Assembly: GCA_030390025.1 (NCBI GenBank)
Contig: CM059432.1
Span: forward strand, 28,894,001-28,958,000
DNA: 64,000 bases
Direction of reading: 5' to 3'
From: Squalus acanthias
Lineage: Eukaryota
Part shown: positions 21,594 through 34,637 of the stretch, piece by piece
Position numbering within the stretch: position 1 is the first letter of the stretch
How the letters are laid out: each line of letters starts with the position of its first letter
The notes under the pieces: model-generated
What the model was told of the DNA's origin: nothing
What the model saw: the letters and a program-made list of their open reading frames with translations, nothing else
The model's database searches: none
Program-made: the position numbers and the translations under genes

Positions 21594-23609
21594 TTATCTT
21601 CCTTTACGCGTGCTCCTACATGGTGCTTCCCCTGTGGCTTTAGCAGATGTGGAGGCCCCTTGCTCACTTTCTTGCTGCTCCTGTCTCGACACCTTTGGCG
21701 AGCATTCTCTGGGGTTGCGAGCCTGTGAGGGATCGGCAACAGTCTGCTGCTCCTGTGGCTGTGCAGGGGCTGAGACGCACATCTCAGTTGGGTGAGGACT
21801 CTGGTGGGGCTCCGACCGAGGGCTCTGCAGTGGCATGGTCGTGTGAGTGCTTGGAGAGGAGCCCCCACTTCCTTGTTCTCTGCCACCAACATCCCTCTCA
21901 TGGGTCAGCCCCACTTCAGAGCTAGCAAGTGGCTTGACAGCACCTTGCTGCACTTCAGAGGGGCCATGAGGACCCGTTTCTGCACTGGAAGTTCTACTCC
22001 AGAGGACTTCCATGAAGGTCTGGTTTCTCTGCTCAATAGCTGACCATCGCTCCTCAAGAGATGTCAGTCTATTCTGAACAATGACCATGTTTTCAAGACC
22101 CTGGCGACTTAGCTCCTCCATGGCCGTAGCCATCCTCTCCTCTACGGTAGTCATCCTCTCCTTGACGGTAGCCAGCCTTACCACGGAGGTAGCCAGCCTT
22201 ACCACGGAGGTAGCCATCCTTTCCACGGAGGTTGCCATCCTTTCTGTGTGATGCGTTCATGCGCCAATGCCTCCACAAAGGCTCTGCTCATGTTCGCGAT
22301 GGACTCCTCCATTCGCTCCACACTCGCAGCGACCCTGGAGACAAAACCTGCCAGAGACTCCTGCACCTGTTCCTGGAGTTCCGGCACCGCTCTCCTTCTG
22401 GATGGACCCGGAGGCACAGGATCGACATGCAGCTGAGCTGAGCTGGGAGAGTCCTGTGGCCTCTGACGAGGACTCTCCACTGCTGTCCCTGTCTCCACCA
22501 TCTGCTGATGCTCACTTGTGATCTGTGATACACCAGGTGACAACACTACTCTATCTCGCGAAGGTCCCACCGAGGTGTGAGTTTCTGCGCTGGTGCTGGG
22601 TGCGCTCAATTCTGCTGACGCTGCACCCTCAGAAGTTACAGCTTCCTCTGAGGAGTCTTCTGGCTCAGGCTGTTCCTCCTGGACAGTGGGGAGGGGGGCT
22701 GTCGATGGTCCTGTGGGGGAGTAAAGGAAAGAGTTAGACATGTGAGATAAAGGTTGCATGCACATTGAATTGTGCAGATGATCATAAGTCAATGTGTTGG
22801 CGCATCAGAATCATTATCAGTCACTCATGCAATGTCAATGAGAGAGATGAAAAACTATTCTGTCACCAGCTTGCTGAGATGCACCCGTCTGTCCGTCCCC
22901 CACTTGCGCATCCTCCTCCACTCCCGCGATCTCCAGGGCCGCCTCCTCTGCAGTGGTGAGCTGGGCTATTGAGGGTGGCCCTCCTCCTGTCCTCGCCCTC
23001 TCCCTCTTATTGTGGGCTCTCTTTTCCTGCAATGAGGGACACAAGTGGAGTTTGAGTGAGAATGAAGGAGTGAGTGTAGAGAATCCATAGCATAGATGCT
23101 TAGAAGGACACAAAGATGGAGTGAGGTGCCAAGACCAAGGGCCCTCCCTGTGTGTTGTAAGTTGTTGTCATAGCATCACAGTGATAGGGAATGTGAGGGC
23201 TGCATAATTGAATAGTTAAGTGAATGTGAACATACAGAGAGAGGGCATGGGTAAGGGTACAGGGATGTAAGGCTGAAGTGGGATGTAGAGGAGGAGGTTG
23301 ACAAAGCAGAGTGCTGGTGATGAGAGGAGATGGGGATCAGATTGAAGGTCATGGGGATGGAATACTCACTTTTCCTGTGCGGAGAAGGTCATGAAACCTC
23401 TTTCTACACTGCAGCCAGGTTCTGCTGCACATTGAAATTGCATTCACCTCCTGTGCCACTTGCAGCCACACAGCTTTGGTCTGTTGTGGAGGCTTTTTCC
23501 TCCCTGAGGAAGGAAAGAGCACTTCCTTATTTGCTTTTGCTCCCTCCACCAGAGCTTGGAGGGAGGCCTCATCGAAGCTGGGTGCACACTTTGGTCTGGT
23601 GCTGGACAT
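21594..23609 (-). pseudogene. Harbinger Myb/SANT-like DNA-binding protein, 3 exons, one frameshift
   Basis: Exons 23609-23370, 23026-22867 and 22710-21594 with GT/AG and compatible phases (0, 1); W-x-x-V-A...TWLQCRKRFHDL and RTGGGP motifs; frameshift near 22240; basic C-terminus RSTRKGR. Confidence 0.88.
22126..22242 (-). repeat. 21-bp coding tandem repeat (heptad)
   Basis: Encodes MATSVER-MATSVVR-LATSVVR-LATVKER-MTTVEER-MATA. Confidence 0.85.
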
Positions 23610-24294
23610 ACTTGTAGTAGGAATCCCTCAGAAGAATGGTGATAAAGTTGTAAGGCTGCTTGCAGGCCTTAAATCCAGCTGCATAGATGACATCATCGGA
23701 GGCGAGTTTCTGAATCAAAAGACTCATTGGGCCAGGGGTTCCCACACGCTGGAAATCAAGTGCCCAATTAGGGAAAAATCGCACTTTTGTCCCGCCTCAC
23801 ATCGGAGGCGGGGTCCTGACACGCTGACCACCTGACACGCCCCCAGCCCACCCCCAATGACAAAATCCAGCCCTTTGAATTTAATCTTTGTTGGGCCATG
23901 AAGTTGATATATCAGACAGGCAGAGACTGGACTGTGCAATGATATGTCTTGTGATTTGGCACACAGAAGTTCTGGTGAGCAATCTGGAAGTCATATTATT
24001 GGCATTTGGATAAGGGAGATTCACCGAAGGCCCTGAGAGGGAACGTACACATAAGGACATGTCCATTCATGTCAAGTCCCACACTAAAGGGATAAATTTA
24101 ACCTAACCCACCCAACAGGAATGGGGCGTGTACAGGTAAGATGCCTGTTTAACACCTAGCCCGAAGTCAGTAGAGCATAACATTGAATGGGGTGTAAAAC
24201 GTGCATCTGACCCAAACCCACTGTGCTCCCATCAGGTGGGTTCAGTTAAAATGACCTCTTAAGTGTCATTTGTCCTCCACTCTATCCTCACTGG

Positions 24295-27030
24295 CATAGG
24301 AACAGGAATAGATCATTCAACCCCTCGAGCCTGTTCCGCCATTCAATTAGATCATGGCCGATCTGTATCTTAACTCCACCTACCTGCCTTGGTTCCGTAA
24401 CCCTTAATACCCTACCTAACAAAAATCTAACAATCTGTTTTGAAATTTTCAATTGACCTAGCCATAACAGCTTTTTGGGAATAGAGTTCCAGATTTCCAC
24501 TACGCTTTGTGTGAAGAAGTGCTTTCTGACATCACCCTGAACGGCCTAACTCTACTCTTAAGGTTATGCCCCTTGTTCTGGACTCTCCCACCAGAGGATA
24601 TCGTTTCTCTCTATCTAACCTATCAAATTCTTCAATCATCTTTAACACCTCAATTAGATCACTCTTTATAAGAACATAAGAAATAGGAGCAGGAGTAGGC
24701 CATTCGGCCTCTCGAGCCTGCCCCGCCATTCAATAAGATCATGACTGATCTGATCTTGGCCTTAACGCCACTTTTCCGCCCGCTCCCCATAACCCTTGAA
24801 TCTCCTGTAGCTCAAATATATGTCTATCTCCGCCTTGAATATATTCATGATGCGGAGATGCCGGTGTTGGACTGGGGTGGACAAAAATGAGAAGTCGCAC
24901 AACACCAGGTTATAGTCCAACAGTTTTATTTAAAATTCCGAGCATTCGGAGCCGATTTGTATTCCCTCACTGTACTTGTACCTGAAGCAGGAGCAGCGCT
25001 CCGAAATCTCGTAATTTTAAATAAAACTGTTGGACTATAACCTGGTGTTGTGCGACTTCTCATTTTTGAATATATTCAATGACTCCGCCTCTACAGCTCT
25101 CTGGGGTAGAGAATTCCAAAGATTCACGACCCTCTGAGAGAAGAAATTCCTCCTCATCTCTGTTTTAAATGGGTGACCCCTTATCCTAAAACTGTGCCCC
25201 CTAGTTTTAGATTACCCCAGAAAGGGAAACATCCTCCCTGCATCTACCCTGTCAAGCCCCCTCAGAATCTTATATGTTTCAATAAAATCACTTCTCATTC
25301 TTCTAAACTCCAATGAGTATAGGCCCAATCTGCTCAACCTTTCTTCATAAGACAAACCTTTCATCTCAGGAATTAACCTAGTGAACCTTCTCTGAACTGC
25401 CTCCAATGCAAGTATATTCTCCTTAAATAAGGAGACCAAAACTGCACACAGTACTCCAGGTGTGGTCTCACCAACGCCCTGTACAGTTGTAGCAAGACTT
25501 CCCTACTTTTATACTTCATCCGCCTTGCAATAAAGGCCAACATTCCATTTGCCCTCCTAATTACTTGCTGTACCTGCATGCTAACTTTTTGTGTTTCATG
25601 TACGAGGACCCCCAGATCCCTCTGTACCGCAGCATTATGTAGTCTCTCTCCACTTAAATAATAATTTGCTTTTTTATTCTTCCTACCAAAGTGTATAACC
25701 TCACATTTTCCCACATTATACTCCATCTGCCAAATTTTTGCCCACTCACTTAACCTATCTATATCACTTTGCAGACTCTTTGTGTGTCCTCTTCACAACT
25801 TGCTTTCCCACCTATCTTTGTATCATCAGCAAATTTGGCTATAGTGCACAAGGTCCCTTCATCCAAGTCATTAATATAGATTGTAAATAGTTGAGGCCCC
25901 AGCAATGATCCCTGTGGCACCCCACTAGTTAAAGTTTGCCAACCTGAAAATGACCCATTTATCCTGACTCTTTGTTTTCTGTTAGTTAGCCAATCCTCTA
26001 TCCATGCTAATATATTACCCCCAACCCCGTGAGCTCTTATCTTGTGCAGTAACCTTTTATGTGGCACCTTATTGAATGCCTTCTGGAAATCCAAATACAC
26101 TACATCTACTGGTTCCCCTTTATCCACCCTGCGCGTTACATCCTCAAAGAACTCTAGTAAATTTGTCAAACACGATTTCCCTTTCACGAAACCATGTTGA
26201 CTCTGCTTAATTGTATTATGATTTTATAAATGTCCTGCTATTACTTCCTTAATAATGGATTCCAGCATTTTCCCAATGACAGATGTTAGGCTAACTGACC
26301 TATAGTTTCCTGCTTTTTGCCTCCCTCCTTTCTTGAATAGAGGCGTTAGATTTGTGGTTTTCCAAATCTGCTGGGACCTCTCCAGAATCCAGGGAATTTT
26401 GGTAGATTACAACCAACGCATCCACTATCTCTGCAGCCACTTCTTTTAAGACCCTAGGATGTCGGCCATCAGCTCCAGGGGACTTGTCAGCCTTTAGTCC
26501 CATTAGTTTGCCTAATACTTTTTCTCTAGTGATAGTCATTGATTTAAGTTCCTCCCTCCCCATAGCCCCTTGATTAATCTTCTTATACTCAAGGGAATAC
26601 AAGCCTAGTCTATGCAACCTGTCCTCACAATTTTAGCCCCAGTGTCATTCTGGTGAATCTGCACTGCACCCCTTCCAAAGCCAATATATCCTTCCTGAGG
26701 TGCAGTGCCCAGAATTGAATGTACTACTCCAGATGGGGTCTAACCAGAGCTCTGTACAACCGTGCATAACTTCCAACCTTTTGTATTCCAGTCCTCTTGC
26801 GATAAAGGCCAACATTCATTAGCCTTTTTAGTTATTTTTTGTACACTAGCTTTTAGTGATTTCTGTACTTGGACCCCTTCGACCCTGTCGTCAGCAAACT
26901 TAGATATAGGGATCTCTATTCCTTCATCCAAGTTATTTATAAATATAGTGAAAAGCTGTGGTCCCAGTACAGATCCCTGTGGGGTGCCTGCCATTTTGAG
27001 TACATACCCATTACCCCTACTCTCTGTCTC
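24295..27030 (-). mobile_element. Cluster of nested/adjacent CR1 LINE fragments
   Basis: Fragments at ~24295-24665, 24667-26575 (frameshifted RT ORFs with FADD) and ~26578-27030. Confidence 0.88.
24848..25065 (-). mobile_element. Penelope-derived fold-back mini-element (218 bp) inserted in a CR1 3' UTR
   Basis: Same termini as 13749-13962; TSD TTGAATATATTCA (24835-24847 and 25066-25078); the plus-strand arm carries a mutated hammerhead, gtacCTGAAGCAGGAGCagcGCTCCGAAATCTCgtaa (24978-25014). Confidence 0.88.
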
Positions 27031-28268
27031 TTTTTTATTCGTTCACAGGATGCGGGCATTACTGGCAAGGCCAGCATTTATTGCCCATCCCTAATTGCCC
27101 TTGAGAAGGTAATGGTGAGCCGCCTTCTTGAACCGCTGCAGTACTTGTGGTGAAGGTACCCCCACAGTGCTGTTAGGGAGGGAGTTACAGGATTTTGACC
27201 CAGCGACAAGGAAGGAACGGCGATATATTTCCAAGTCTGGATGATGTGTAACTTGGAGGGGAACTTGCAGGTGATGGTGTTCCCATGCGCCTGCTGCCCT
27301 TGTCCTTCTAGGTGGTAGAGGTCGTGGGTTTAGAAGGTGCTGCCGAAGAAGCCTTGGCGAGTTACTGCAGTGCACCTTGTAGATGGTACACACTGCAGCC
27401 ACGGTGTGCCGGTGGAGCAGGGTGTGAATGTTTAAGGTGGTAGATGGGGTCCCAATCAAGCGGGCTGCTTTGTCCTGGATGGTGTCGAGCTTCTTTAGTG
27501 TTGTTGGAGCTGCACTCATCCAGGCAAGTGGAAAATATTCCATCACACTCCTGACATGTGTCTTGTAGATGCTGGAAAGACTTTGGGGAGTCAGGAGGTG
27601 AGAATACCTCGCCGCAGAATACCTAGCCTCTGACCTGCTCTTGTTGCCACAGTATTTATATGGCTGGTCCAGTTAAGTTTCTGGTCAATGGTGATCCCCA
27701 GGATGTTGATGGTGGGGGATTCAGTGATGGTAATGCCGTTGAATGTCAAGGGGCAGTGGTTAGACTCTTGCTTGTTGGAGATAGTCATTGCCTGGCACTT
27801 GTGTGGCGCGAATGTTACTTGCCACTTTTCAGCCCAAGCCTGAATGTCATCCAGGTCTTGCTGCATGTAGGCATGGACTGCTTCATTATCTGAGGAGTTG
27901 CGAATGGAACTGAACACTGTGCAATCATCATTGAACATCCCCACTTCTGACCTTATGATGGAGGGAAGGTCATTGATGAAGCAGCTGAAGATGGTGCCCT
28001 GAGGAACATCTGCAACGATGTCCTGGGACTGTGATGATTGACCTCCAACAACTACAACCATCTTCCTTTGTGCTAGGTATGACTCCAGCCAGTGGAGAGT
28101 TTTCCCCCGATTCCCATTGACTTCAATTTTACTAGGGCTCCTTGATGCCACACTCGTTCAAATGCTGCCTTGATGTCAAGAGCAGTCACTCTCACCTCTC
28201 CTCTGGAATTCAGCTGTTTTGTCCATGTTTGGACCAAGGCTGTAATGAGGTCTGGAGCCGAGTGGTCC
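27031..28268 (-). mobile_element. Second LINE family (CR1/L2 group, A-tailed), 3' part
   Basis: RT fragments ALDIKAAFERVWH, FSCFINDLP, MEYFPLAWMSAAPTTL; 3' stem GCTGGC/GCCAG followed by AATAAAAAA. Confidence 0.88.
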
Positions 28269-29202
28269 CACCTCCTAGCCAATTCCCTGGCCTTCACATA
28301 TTAAATTTAAAATCCTTGTCCTTGTCTTTAAATCTCTCCATGTTATGTTAAAGGCACTATACAAATTAAAGCTGTTGTTGGTATTGTTGTTCTCCAGCTA
28401 TTTTGTTCTACAACTAGTTTTGCACATCAGATGTCCAGTAATGGGCGAATCCTAATCTTCCTCAGCTTCAACATCTCTTTCTCCTCTTTGGATAGGATGG
28501 TCAGATTTTCTCTTAAGATCTCAGCTACAAAACGCAATGTGGCAAACAATGGTATAAGAGTGCAGATTCTATCAACATTCTAGTTGTCCCACATTTGATG
28601 GACAGTAATAAGATCATCCTACATCACAGAGTGCAAGTAAGCTGAGTGCAGTGAGACAAGAGCATATCAATCGGTTGATGTTTAAATTAGTGTACAGAAA
28701 TTTGTGACTTAGAACTCCTTTCAGGTCTGTTTATGGTCTTCTGTCTGGGGATTGAGGGACCCGTATCTGCCAACTTACTCAGAACCTGACTTGGTGAGTG
28801 GATCCTTCAAACAACTCTTTCTCTAAAAGTTCTAGTTCTGTTGATAGTTAACCTGTACATAAAAGCAACAGTGATTCTAACTACTTTTGATTTATCTTGT
28901 GTGTGAAGCAATAGATAATTTACTTGGCCTTGAAATTATGCCATGAGATAATGCCAGTGGAAGACACTAAATATTCTGCTCAGTAAAATAGCACATATCC
29001 TGTGCATTATCATGATTTCTCTCCCAGGACTCCGCTTTGATCCTGATCTGCCCATTGGAAATGTTCCCTGCTGCATTTAAGTGAAGCAGGGGGTGTGGCC
29101 ACTTGTCCCCTGAGATTTTCCTGCATTTCTGTCCACTTACTATCACTGAAAATCACCACCACTGTAAAGGTGGTATTGGTAAACATGTATGAAGGCCCAC
29201 AA

Positions 29203-29610
29203 TAACAACAACTTGCATTTATATAGCGCCTTTAACGTAGTAAAAGGTCCCAAGGCTCTTCACAGGAGAGTTATCAAACACGATTTGACACCGAACCACA
29301 TAGGAGATATTTGGACAGATGACCAAAAGCTTGGGCAAAGAGGTAGTTTTTAAGGAGTGTCTTAAAGAAGAAGAGAGAGATAGAGAGGCAGAGAGGTTTA
29401 GAGAGGGAATTCCAGAGCCTAGAGCCTAGGCAGCTGAAGGCACGGCCGCCAATGGTGGGGCAATTAAAATTGGGGATGTGCAAGAGGCCAGAATTGGAGG
29501 AGCGCAGAGGTCTCAGAGGGTTGTAGGGCTGGAGGAGGTTGCAGAGATAGGGAGGGGCGAGGCCATGGAGGGATTTGAAAACGAGGATGAGAATTTTAAA
29601 ATTGAGGCGC
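29203..29610 (-). mobile_element. L2-type LINE 3' fragment
   Basis: ACAACAACTTGCATTTATATAGCGCCTTTAACGTAG tail; minus-strand ORF with GGRAFS..LWNSL..FKTLLK. Confidence 0.8.
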
Positions 29611-29829
29611 AGGTGGGAAGAGATCAGGAAGCTGAAAGGTCACAGAGGAGTGCAGTTCTGCAATGTTGTGTTGGCTGGGAGCCACTTCCACTACTTTGAA
29701 GCTGCAGCTTCTGAGTGTTCAAAGATATTTTGTAAAACTTGCTGAGAATATAAAGGGTCCTCTGCATAGTGAAATAATGAATTTCCCTCTGGGGATTCCA
29801 TTCTTCCTGTGCTTTGAGAAAGATGATCT

Positions 29830-30075
29830 TGAGCATCCCCGATTTTAATTGCTCCACCATTGGTGGCCAAGCCTTCAGCTGCCAAGGCCCTAAGCTCTGG
29901 AATTCCTCTCCATCTCTCGACCTCTCTTTCCTCATTTAAGATGCTCCTTAAACCCTACCTCTTTGACCTAGCTTTTGGCCATCTGCACTAATATCTCCTT
30001 ATGTGGCTCGGTGTCGAATTTTGTTTTATAACGCTCTTGTGAAGCACCTTGGAATGTTTTACAAGTTGTTGTTGT
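29830..30075 (+). mobile_element. L2-type LINE 3' fragment (inverted relative to 29203-29610)
   Basis: Reverse complement of ~29203-29480, ending CAAGTTGTTGTTG. Confidence 0.75.
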
Positions 30076-30209
30076 ATAACATGGAGGAAAACAGGAAGGA
30101 AGCCAGGAGAGTGTGACATCATGCATGCAGGTAACACCTGACCCACAGGTATCCATGCAGGCTCGAGGGACCTTATGGCCTACTCCTGCTCCTATTTCTT
30201 ATGTTCTTC

Positions 30210-30543
30210 TGTAATGTAGGAAACACGGCAGCACAGCAAGATCTCACAAACAGTAATGAGATAATGATCTGTTGTTGGTTAAGGAATAAATATTGGCTGG
30301 GACACCGTAGAACGCCCTTGCTCTTCTTTGAATAGTGCCATAGGATCCTTTACATCCACCTGAGAGGGTAGGCAGCGCCTTGGTTTAACATCTCATTCAA
30401 AAGGTGACATCTCCAACAGTGCAGCACTCCCTCAGTACTGCACTGAAGTGTCAACCTAGATTATGTGCTTAAGTTTCTGGACTTCAACCAACGACCTTTT
30501 GACTCAGAGCCTAGAGTGCTACCACTGAGCCACAGCTGACACA
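30210..30543 (-). mobile_element. Deu-domain SINE (SacSINE1-like)
   Basis: Minus strand begins GTGTCAGCTGTGGCTCAGTGGTAGCAC (A-box); body homologous to 46632-47064. Confidence 0.7.
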
Positions 30544-30639
30544 GTGGGTACTGCAAAGAGGAAAATTGGCCCTATCATGCTTCGCACAGCATCATCTCCA
30601 CTCATATAGTGGAATATGCTTAGAGCGATCACCCCTTGT

Positions 30640-33600
30640 ATTGATTGTATGCACCTCAACAGGACTGGGACCAATCTCCTCGCGGGGAGGTTCACTAGTG
30701 TGGTTGGGGAGGGTTTAAGCTAAATTGGCAGGGGGGTGGGCACCAGCATATAGAAGTAGAAAAGAGGAATAAGGTGCATAAAGGAGGGAGAGTGCTAGAT
30801 AGTACTAGAGAAGGAAGTAGTACCATATTAGATAGGAGCAGACGAAGGAGGACTACGAGAAATACAAAGACAGGTTTGGAATGCATGTATGTAAACGCAC
30901 AAAGTGTAGTGAATAAGGTTGGTGAGTGACAAGCACAATTAGCCATGTGGGAATATGACTTAGTGGCAATAACGGAAACATGGCTTAAAAATGGTGAGGA
31001 CTGGGTGCTTAATATTCACGGATACAGTGGGCTGGATTTTACTTACCAAGACGAGTTGGGGGCGGGACTGCTGCCTTCTGGGTTCTAGTCCCGCCCCCAG
31101 TGACATCTGACGAACTGACGCTATTTTGCCCTGATTGGCCTTGTTAAGCTGGCCTTGTTAAGCCCGCCCTGCGGGCTTGCCGGCCAATTAAGGGAAAGCC
31201 GGTGTCAGATGACATCAGTTGATGACGCTTCATCTGCCGGTTTTATAAAGACATATGCACCACACTTGTTTGACAGATGATTTGACAGTGTTTGACAGCA
31301 TTGAGGTGCTGTCAAACACTGGCAATCACTGTCCAAAGGTGAGCCCTTGCATCCAGGCTCTCCAATTACTCTCTCCTTAGGATAAAACAGATGGCAGCTG
31401 CAGCTGAGATTGCAGAAGTCATCGGTCACTTCTCCCGATGAGATGAGACTACACAAACACTTCACAGCTTGTCACCTGCAGAAACATCTAAACACATTAA
31501 ACATTACTTTTATAACATTTCCTTACCTCTGATACTAACCATTGTCACTTTGCATCCTTCACACCAATTCTGCAGCTGTCATCCAAACACCAACATAACA
31601 ACAGACCCATAGCATGCCTCACTTACCCTGGCGGGGTTCCCCGACATCGGGAAGCTCACAGCAGAAGGTTCAAAATGGGAAAAAGCCTCTTAACTGCCTG
31701 TTAACTACCTGTTAACAGGCAGTTAAGTGGCTATAATCCTCTTCCCGCCACTAGGAGTCAGGTCCCTGCGCAAATTGGGTACCTGACTCCCGGGAAGATT
31801 GGTTGGAGGCGGGTTGGGAGCGGGTTTGGGACCCGCTCCCATTTTTTTTGAATTTCCCAGCAGTCCCATTCCAAACCTGCCTCCTCAGGGCTGGTAAATT
31901 CCGACCCAAGGTGTTCAGAAAAGATAGGGAAGGAAAAAAGGGAGGTGGGGTGGAAGTACTGATTAGGGAAGACATTGTAGTGTTGGAAAGAGAGGATGTC
32001 CTTGAGGGTGCAAGGACAGAATCCATTTGGTTAGAGTTGAGAAGCAAAAAGGGTATGATCACACTATTGGGGGTATTCTATAGGCCTCCAAATTATGAGA
32101 GAGAGATAGAGGAGCAATTCTGCAGGGAAATCACAGAGATGTACAACAACTATAAAGTGGTGATATTGGGAGACTTTAATTACCCAAATATCAATGGGGT
32201 AATGTTAGAGTAAAGGGAAAGGAGGGGGAGGAATTTCTGAAATGTGTTCAGGAGAACTTCCTTGACTAGTATGTCCTTGGTCCAAATAGGAAAGAGGCAT
32301 TGCTGGATCTGGTGCTGGGGAATGAGGTTGGCTAAGTGGGCCAAGTGTCTGTGGGAAAACACTTGGGTAAGAGTGATCATCGTATCATAAGGTTTAGATT
32401 AGTAATGGAGAAGAGCAAGGAACAATCTAAAGTAGAACTTCTAAATTGGAAGAGGGCTAACTTCAATTGAATGAGAGGGGATTTAGCCAGGGTAAAATGA
32501 AACCAAAGATTGACAGGAAAATCTCTAAACGGAACAATGGGTGATCTTGAAGGAGAAGATGTTTCAGGTACAGGCTAGGTACATTCCAACAAGAGGGAAA
32601 GGTAGGGGAACCAAAGCCAGGGCTCATTGGATGACGAGGGAGATAGAGAATATGATGAAACAAAAAAAGAGGGTGTATGATGAGGGTGAATTCTTCAAGT
32701 GAGAACCAGACCAAATACAATAAGTTGAGAGGGGATGTGAAGATGAAAATAAGATTGACAAAGAGAGAATATGAGAGTAGAATGGCGGTTACATAAAAGG
32801 TAACCCAAAAATCTTCTACCGGCATGTAAATAGTAAGCAGGTAGTAAGAGGCAGGGTGGAGCCTATTAGAGACAAAGAAGGTGATATATGCTTAGAGCCG
32901 CAGGGCAAGGCTAGAATACTTCATGAGTATTTTGTATCGGTGTTTACTAAGGAAGAGGATGCTGACAAAATATCGGTAGAAGCGGAGATGGTAGAGGTAT
33001 TGGATGGGGTGAAAATTGATAGGCAGGATGTACTGGAATGGCTGGATATGCTTAGAGTGGATAAGTCGCCTGGTCCGGATGGCTTGCATCCCAGGTTGCT
33101 AAGGGAAGTGGGGGTGGAGATAGCAGAAGGACTTGCCATAATCTTCCAATCTTCTCTAGCTATGGGGGAGGTGCCAGAGGATTGGAAAGTGGCAAATGTG
33201 ACACCCTTGTTCAAGAAAGGGTGTAAGGACAATCCTAGTAACTACACGTTGGTCAGTTTAACATCAGTGTTGGGTGAGGTTTTAGAAACAATAATCAGGG
33301 AAAAAATTAACAGGCACTTGGATAAATTAATTAAGGAGAGCCAGCACAGATTTGTAAAAGGCAGATCGTGTTTGACTAATCTAATTGAATTTTTTGATGA
33401 AGTAACAGAAAAGGTTGATGAAAGGAATGCAGTGGATGTTGTCTATATGGATTTTAAGATAGTGTTTGACAAAGTACCACATAAAAGGCTGGTTAACAAA
33501 ATTGAGGCTCATGGAATAGACGGGTCAGTGTCAGCTTGGGTAAGAAATTGGCTTAAGGAGAGAAAACAGCGAGTCATGGTAAATGGTTGTTTTTCAGACT

Positions 33601-34635
33601 GGAGGATGGTAGACAGTGGTGTTCGCCAAGGGTCAGTGCAAGGACCACTGTTTATTTTAATATATATAAATGACTTGAATATTGGAATACAGAGTCAAAT
33701 TTCAAAATTTGCCGATGACACCAAAATTGGAGGTGTGGCAAACAGTGAGGAGGATACCAATCAACTGCAACAGGACATAGATAGGCTAGCAGAATGGGCA
33801 GACAAGTGGCAGATGGAATTTAATACAGAGAAGTGTGAGGTGATGCATTTTGGCAGAAAGGATAGGGAGAGGCAATAAAGACTTAATGGCACAGTTTTAA
33901 AGAGTGTGCAGGGACAGAGGGACCTGGGCGTTCATGTGCATAGATCTTTGAAGGTGGCAGGACATACTGAGAGAGTAGTTAGCAAAGCATATGGGATCTT
34001 GGGCTTCATAAATAGAGGTATTGAGTACAAAAGCAGGGAAGTTATGCTGAACCTTTATAAAGCTCTGGTTGGGCCACAACTAGAGTATTGTATCCAGTTC
34101 TGGTCACCACACTTTAGGAAGGATGTGAAGGCACTTGAGAGGGTGCAGAGGAGATTTACCAGAATGGTTCCGGGTATGGGGGATCTTGGCTACAAGGACA
34201 GGTTGGAGAAGCTGGATTTGTTTTCATTAGAGCAAAGGAGGTTGCGGGGTGATTTGATAGAGGTGTGCAAGATTATGACGGGTTTGGATAGGCTAGATGG
34301 GGAAAGGCTATTCCCACTAGTTAATGGTACAAGGACTAGGGGACACAGATTTAAGGTTTTGGGCAAGAGATACAGGGGGGATGTGAGGAAAAACTTTTTT
34401 ATGCAGCGAGTGGTGAGGACCTGGAACTCGCTGCCGACGGAAGTGCTGGATGCGGACACACTCAATGTTTTCAAAGGGGAGACTGGATAGGCACTTGAGG
34501 GAAATAAACTTGCAGGGCTATGGGGATAGAGCAGGGGAATGGGACTGACTGGATTGCTCTACAGAGAGCCGGCATGGACTCGATGGGCCAAATGGCCTCC
34601 TCTGTGCCGTTATGACTATATGACCCTATGACTCT
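30640..34635 (+). mobile_element. CR1 LINE, near-complete decayed ORF2 with ORF1 3' end
   Basis: Endonuclease motifs (AITETWL, KGGGV, YRPP, GDFNYP, SDH), RT ORFs 32856-33878 and 33906-34490, (TATGACTC)-type tail; interrupted by a MITE. Confidence 0.92.
31029..31907 (-). mobile_element. Non-autonomous Harbinger derivative (copy-1-type ends)
   Basis: GGGCTGGATTTT...AAATTCCGACCC; interrupts the CR1 endonuclease region (GGATAC..|AAGGTGTTCAG); homologous to 43057-43720 in reverse. Confidence 0.8.
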
Positions 34636-34637
34636 AG

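Larger units (their letters stand above)
18397..23873. mobile_element. Full-length PIF/Harbinger transposon (copy 1)
   Basis: TIRs GGGCTCGATTTT / AAAATCCAGCCC (11 of 12 match), 3-bp TSD TTT on both sides, convergent transposase and Myb genes. Confidence 0.93.
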
